A stretch of 64,000 nucleotides of DNA from Thermoplasmata archaeon (lineage in GTDB: Archaea; Thermoplasmatota; Thermoplasmata; Thermoplasmatales; Thermoplasmataceae). Under the pieces are notes generated by a model, which searched no databases, was not told the DNA's origin, and saw nothing but the letters and a program-made list of their open reading frames with translations. The translations under genes were made by a program, and so were the position numbers. Location of the stretch: positions 2,752 to 66,751 of the forward strand of contig JBMFWM010000001.1 of NCBI GenBank assembly GCA_049965275.1, written 5' to 3'. Shown piece by piece: positions 59,160 to 64,000 of this stretch. Position 1 is the first letter of the stretch. Each line of letters begins with the position of its first letter.

Positions 59160-59507
59160 TTAGAAAGTTATTACAGAATACCCATCTTGAACTCTGGAAT
59201 CAACTTCGACTCCACCATAAACTGATTCCAGCCCAGGAAATATATCATCCTCTGTAAGTCCTTCGCCTGACATGCTCACCTTGCATATCTTCAAGGGTAT
59301 ACCTTCATTCCTGAGAATGTTAATCTGATCTAGGAACTGCGGAGAGCTCTTCTGATCTTTATTTGCAGCTTGCACTCCTCTTCCAAGGAACAGGAATTCA
59401 ACATTAGCCTTTGCATTCTTGACTGCATTGAATGCAAAACTGAATGCAACCATCTCAGTGTTAATGTTTTCCTTTCCTGTAATCAGCATAACCAGAATTT
59501 TTGCCAT
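59160..59507 (-). CDS. DsrE/DsrF-like sulfur-relay protein
   Basis: 115 aa. MAKILVMLITGKEN...VEFLFLGRGV fits a Rossmann-like DsrE pattern, with a single Cys in PLKICKVS. Confidence 0.6.
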   Translation of the reverse strand: MAKILVMLITGKENINTEMVAFSFAFNAVKNAKANVEFLFLGRGVQAANKDQKSSPQFLDQINILRNEGIPLKICKVSMSGEGLTEDDIFPGLESVYGGVEVDSRVQDGYSVITF

Positions 59508-59562
59508 CTTAAATCATCTCTACACTTGAGTACTATATTTCAAATTCTAGATAAAGTTTGTA

Positions 59563-59802
59563 TTATTCCTCAGTACCATCGTTTGAATATCCAGGATATT
59601 TTGTTCTATACCACACGGTGGTTAGAAGTAGCATAACTATTAAAACAAATGCAGTCGCAGAAACTGAAGACGGGCTTGGATCATATCCATTATATGAGCC
59701 GACGGTTAGCGCTGCTACTATAACAAGCAGAGTTGTCATTGCAATTATAAACGCTTTCACTCCTTTCTCGCTTTTTCTCTCTTCTTTATTGTTGTTATTC
59801 AT
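59563..59802 (-). CDS. Small two-TM membrane protein
   Basis: 79 aa with a charged N-terminus and two hydrophobic helices. Its start codon directly abuts the yeeE-like stop codon. Confidence 0.5.
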   Translation of the reverse strand: MNNNNKEERKSEKGVKAFIIAMTTLLVIVAALTVGSYNGYDPSPSSVSATAFVLIVMLLLTTVWYRTKYPGYSNDGTEE

Positions 59803-61032
59803 TCAATTTACCCCCTTTGACTTACCATATAGTATCCTGCCGACTATCAGAAGACTGATCGCAACCACCACAAAAAATTCAATGCTGCTTGCCGCCATTT
59901 GAAGATCTCCACTTAGAATGTGACCAGAAGCACATCCATCTGCCATTCGTGCCCCGAAGAGGACGAGGAAAGAACCGGAAAAAACCCCAACTGCTCTTTT
60001 CAGCTCATTTGGTCCGAACCTCTTCTTCCAGGTTCTCGGTACCCAGTAATTGAACGATTGAAATCTCCTGGAAACAAATATTGATACCAGAAAAGCTCCG
60101 AGAAGGGTTCCAATATCACTAAACGGTTCCCATCCTACTGTAGCAAATACAAGTTTACTGTAATTGTATGATGGTAGCCATAGATATCCAACCATCCAGC
60201 TGTATGTTGTCGATTCTCCAAATATTTGATGTAAGAACATTTCTAGTACAACGATAAGGCCAATAAACGCTCCCACAAATGTGAGCATCCACTTAAGGTT
60301 ATTATTTGGCGCCCAGTGTTCATTAGCATTCCGCGCTAGCTTATCTCTTGAACCTATTGGCAAGGCACTCCCCTCAATCAATGTCTCGGTGGCATCCTTG
60401 TGCATGGCCAGTTCTGGAGGAGGCATTTTATAATCAGAATGGGTTCCGATGTAAACACAGCTTTTGCCGCCCTTGTATCTTGGAAGGAAATAAGCCACTC
60501 CCAACATCAATGCCAGCCAGGCTATTGAAATCAGAAAACCAACAAATAAATTCGTGCCAACTTTGCCACCGAGATAAAGCTCACCATAATTATCAGTGTT
60601 CACTAGCCACTGACCTGCCGGTGTTTGATACAGGATAGTCCAGGCAGCTGCGCCCAGAAGACCTCCGGCAACGGCATACACTGCTTCCCTACGCCCTTCT
60701 CCCAATGCCATCCACTCGGTTCCGGGGACATATCCTGATAAAGCTACCCCTGCACCGAATATAACTGCACCAAGTGCAATCCCGATAACATAGAAAGGCT
60801 TTATTCCAAAATGGAAGCTTACGCCCAGTGCTGCTAGACCGTAAAGCGCAACAGCACCCACCCCTATTGCAATGGCTATACAGTTTATAAACAGCCTGTC
60901 TTCCCACTTTGAAAGTTTGAGAAGTATATCGGAATTAGAAATACCCCATAACTCTGCGAAGCCACCAATTGCAGCTCCAATGAATATACCTATCCACAAT
61001 GCTGCTGTGTATGATATTGTCATATGTTCCAA
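59803..61032 (-). CDS. YeeE/YedE-family sulfur (thiosulfate) transporter, two-domain form
   Basis: Duplicated Sulf_transp-like halves. The C-terminal half keeps GARMADGCASGH, while the N-terminal half has GAGVALSGYVPGTEW at the equivalent place. Confidence 0.75.
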   Translation of the reverse strand: MEHMTISYTAALWIGIFIGAAIGGFAELWGISNSDILLKLSKWEDRLFINCIAIAIGVGAVALYGLAALGVSFHFGIKPFYVIGIALGAVIFGAGVALSGYVPGTEWMALGEGRREAVYAVAGGLLGAAAWTILYQTPAGQWLVNTDNYGELYLGGKVGTNLFVGFLISIAWLALMLGVAYFLPRYKGGKSCVYIGTHSDYKMPPPELAMHKDATETLIEGSALPIGSRDKLARNANEHWAPNNNLKWMLTFVGAFIGLIVVLEMFLHQIFGESTTYSWMVGYLWLPSYNYSKLVFATVGWEPFSDIGTLLGAFLVSIFVSRRFQSFNYWVPRTWKKRFGPNELKRAVGVFSGSFLVLFGARMADGCASGHILSGDLQMAASSIEFFVVVAISLLIVGRILYGKSKGVN

Positions 61033-61139
61033 AGAACTATGAGATATCTGCTTATTAATATAATTATTCTATGCATATTATTGGCATTTTTTGTGCAAAC
61101 AGAAAGAAAAATTTAAGAATTGTTTAAGGTTGTGAATAA

Positions 61140-61754
61140 ATGATCGGGGAATACGCCATTTCGCTTTTTGACCACGAGTGCCTTCCATTGATAAATATAA
61201 TCTCAGCGAAAGGTACAGAAGTAGATAAGTTGTTCATTCTTTACCCTATGACTAGAAAAGTAGAAGAAGTGTTATATGATTTTTCAATGCAATCCGGCAT
61301 TAAATTGGAACTTGTACCAATTCATGACATCAATAACTTTTATGAAGTATACATAACGCTTGAAAAGATCTGTGAAAATAATGGATTTCCATCCTGGGTA
61401 AATATAGCAAGTGGGTCTGGAATGGCACTTTCGGCCCTCACACTTCATGCTTACTTGAAGGATGCTCCGCTTGTCATGTTTGATAAAGAAAAAGATACAA
61501 TAGTAAAAACTGATGTAAATAAATTAAAAAAAATTAAGATTTACAAAAACCGCTATTTTGAGGTTATTACTTTAATTTCTAAAAAGAACCAAACTAACTT
61601 AGGACTTGCCAGTCATTTCAAACTTTCAGTATCTTCCATGTCAAGAAGACTTAAGCACTTGGAAATGTTTGATATAGTAACAAGGAGAGGCCTAGGAAGG
61701 GTAAACTTCCCCTTTGAATACGAATTGACAGAATTTGGAAAAAGGCTCCTTTGA
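61140..61754 (+). CDS. Csa3-like CARF + winged-helix transcriptional regulator
   Basis: The N-terminal ~130 aa show a Rossmann-like pattern (YAISLFDHE..., DKLFILYP, VNIASGSGMALS) that parallels Csa3 CARF motifs as I remember them. The C-terminus is a wHTH (NQTNLGLASHFKLSVSSMSRRLKHLEMFDIV). Confidence 0.55.
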   Translation: MIGEYAISLFDHECLPLINIISAKGTEVDKLFILYPMTRKVEEVLYDFSMQSGIKLELVPIHDINNFYEVYITLEKICENNGFPSWVNIASGSGMALSALTLHAYLKDAPLVMFDKEKDTIVKTDVNKLKKIKIYKNRYFEVITLISKKNQTNLGLASHFKLSVSSMSRRLKHLEMFDIVTRRGLGRVNFPFEYELTEFGKRLL

Positions 61755-62050
61755 TTTGGCAAATCCGTTCCTGCGTTAATTTTAGACCTTCGATCTCATT
61801 GGGCGAACTTTTACAATCCTCTTTGCAGGAAAGAAATATAATTTTCTTCACAGAATGCTTCGATTTAAGAGGATTATATGAATAATAGATCATATGATTG
61901 CTTGGAATAAACATTTGAGTTTCTTTCTGAATTTTCTTAATTCAATACCAATCACGAAGGCTATACCACTTTGCGAAAGCAGATATGCTGTTATCGTCTA
62001 TAACTATAACATGAAATTTTTCACGGCGTCATCGCTAATTCTAATCACAG

Positions 62051-62925
62051 CTACTTAAAACTAGCAAATTCAGCTAATATTTGCGATAGCTTGGTCTCGA
62101 TCTCATGAGAAGTCAAGGAGGCTAGATCGCTCAAAGGTAATCCTAGTTGCTTCAATATTCTGTATCCAAGGTAATACCCAGTTTCCTTCCAGCCTTCAAT
62201 ATCGTACCAGGATCCGAAAAACCTGCTTGTTTTATCGATTTCCTTAACATCCTTAAGGAATAATTTGGATAAGTACTGTATATGATCTTCACACCATCTG
62301 CTCCACCCAGGTTGTCCAAGCGATTGGTGCCATTCTTCTGAATTCAATAATAGCGACTCAAAATATTCAGCAAAGCCTTCTTCATAGAGGTGCCAAATTG
62401 GTCCCACACCATAAGAAAGTTTCTTTTCTTTTCTAACTATTTCTTGGAACACATGGCCTGCTTCGTGGAGAATAAGTCCTTTCAATGCAACCTGACTTTC
62501 CCAATGCATGTCTATAATGTTTTCAAGGCCGAATAATATTGCAGGTTTTGATTTGTAATCCGTTGCCCATCCCGCTCCAGTGCCGATGCCAACGTAGATT
62601 ACAAACGTAAGATCTGATGAAAATAACTCCGCTGCTTTTGGATATGGTACAATTCAGATAAAGCTTTCAGGAGATTGATATGGGCTCCATTCATACGATT
62701 AATCTTTTCTGAATTTATAGGAAAGATCATTTTCTTTGCAACCTCTTTCCATTCAACACCATCATCAGAATAATTCTTGATGACTTTTTTAAAAACCTCT
62801 TCATCCTCATTGGAATAGAAACTTTCCCACAATTCTACCTGAATATCTGGACTGCTGGCTAGCTTGTCCATCCAGAACCTTATAAAATTTGGAAATGTGT
62901 CTATTATGTTATTCTTATCCGGCAT
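62051..62925 (-). pseudogene. DUF2268-like Zn-metallopeptidase gene, frameshifted
   Basis: The N-terminal part (62599..62925/63009) and the C-terminal part carrying HEAGH (62051..62509) are in different frames. The C-terminal frame stays open upstream to 62653 with a sensible sequence (DLTFVIYVGIGTGAGWATDY...). That implies a 1-nt frameshift near 62640-62655. Confidence 0.6.
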
Positions 62926-63024
62926 ATTTGTATAGCGAGAATTGCGTGAGTTTACACGATTTAATTTTATTGATGTTACCCAGTGGCTCCTCTCCGCTTT
63001 GGAATGCAAATCGCTTTCAGGGTG

Positions 63025-64000
63025 CTAATTAACGCTCTCTATTCCCAGGATCTTCATGGCCTTGATGCCACGGTCATCCTGCGATGTTACCACCTTCCTT
63101 ACATTGCTGTTTCTAACAAGGAACGTGATCCTTATGGTTTTCAGCACATCGATGCTCGAAGCAAGAGAAGTTATGTCACTGATCCTGTTGTATATCAGTG
63201 CAAGGAAGAGATACGCAATGTGGGAGAAGAGCATGTGAACCTTTATCTTCTGGGGGGTCCAGTGATATTCCGGTGACATCAGATCATGCATGCTTATTGT
63301 TCTGAAGCAGTGCTCCACCCTGTTCCTTCTTCTGTACAGATCTATTATTTCCTCACCTGGGAGGTCAGGGATGCTTGTGAATAGTGCAGTCTTCCCAAGC
63401 ATTTCCAGCCTTGAATGCAATCTGTTTCTGTCTATCGAAACACCGGGCAGCAGAATTGTCTCCTGCAGGTGCATGGATTCCAGGTACATTCTCGCCCTGT
63501 CCATGGAATCCGAATCGCCGGATTCCACTGTGCTCCTCACCTTACCATACGCTTTCCTGAACATCTTCATGAATGCAATGATTCTTTTCCTCTCAAGCTT
63601 TGAGGAATGATATATGATGATCCGGTGATCAATGCCATAAACAACCTTCCCTGTCTCCACAGATGAATCCTTTTCCACTGGAATTGCTGCGAGATCCCTG
63701 TGATCTGACAGCAGAAGAGCACCTATGTATTTCCTCTTCCTGATATACTGAATATTCTCCCTGGAATTGTATCCCCTGTCAAATATCAGTATGGACGATT
63801 CCGGAACCGCATCGACCATCGCTCTGAATGTCCTGGAATCATGCATATTTCCAGGGTGGGAATCCCCGTAGAACGGTATGTAATCCTCATTGGCTTCTAT
63901 GTAATACGACATCTGGTTCAGATCGTATCTGTGTGCCTTGTTGTGACCCTTCCTGACCATATCATTCTCTTTCATGTAAGTGTAGAAATTGGATCCGTCC
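63025..64000 (-). mobile_element. IS4/IS1634-type DDE transposase gene, N-terminus off-window
   Basis: ILIFDRGYNSRENI (second Asp region) and a C-terminal ...RNRVEHCFR... (E/K region) are present. The frame is open beyond 63975 to the window edge. Confidence 0.7.

Noticed and set aside
61651-61914. 87-aa minus-strand ORF overlapping the 3' end of the Csa3-like gene
   Set aside because: It overlaps a better-supported CDS, has low-complexity sequence, and has no motif or plausible start context.
55600-64000. CRISPR array or cas genes expected near the Csa3-like gene
   Set aside because: There are no regularly spaced direct repeats of 24-40 bp in any spacer of this region or elsewhere in the window, and no Cas-like proteins among the ORFs.

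Overview
This is a gene-dense chromosomal segment of about 60 protein genes plus one structured RNA, from a euryarchaeon. It is probably a Thermoplasmata/Thermoplasmatales-like acidophile. That assignment is my inference from gene content: PolD large subunit, CDP-archaeol synthase, archaeal RtcB, GINS, Nob1, SBDS, proteasome alpha, GHMP-type shikimate kinase, Pth2, DtdA, a fused ETF, an H+-type P-ATPase, and membrane-anchored surface proteins rich in N-glycosylation sequons.

Positions 1-55,500 are mostly core housekeeping genes in tight operons, often with overlapping stop and start codons:
- aroA-aroK-aroE-aroB
- pyrG-SCP2-PolD(L)-GPN
- SOD-Ogg-Nnr-Nob1
- Pth2-CarS-HTH/CBS

An RNase P RNA at 3150-3453 (minus strand) is hidden under a spurious ORF. 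I found no tRNA, rRNA or CRISPR array.

Positions 55,600-64,000 look accessory. They hold an IS21-like remnant, a partial IS4-type transposase, a frameshifted metallopeptidase gene, a permease and a sulfur-transport operon.

Candidates for undescribed biology, in my order of interest:
1. 26323-29742: a translationally coupled triad of a fold-type II PLP enzyme, a DUF1611 P-loop protein, and a QueC-like PP-loop ATPase with an unplaceable N-terminal domain.
2. 58356-61032: a YeeE / mini-TM / DsrE-like / TauE operon with no TusA partner. It sits divergent to an orphan Csa3-like CARF-wHTH regulator (61140-61754), and no cas genes or CRISPR array are nearby.
3. 48133-51123: a ComA (phosphosulfolactate synthase)-wHTH fusion divergent from an APS-reductase-type cysH and sat, with repeated motifs in the shared promoter region.
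4. 41536-43592: a Rieske ferredoxin coupled to a fused ETF beta-alpha.

All functional calls come from motif recognition by eye in the supplied translations. No database search was run.
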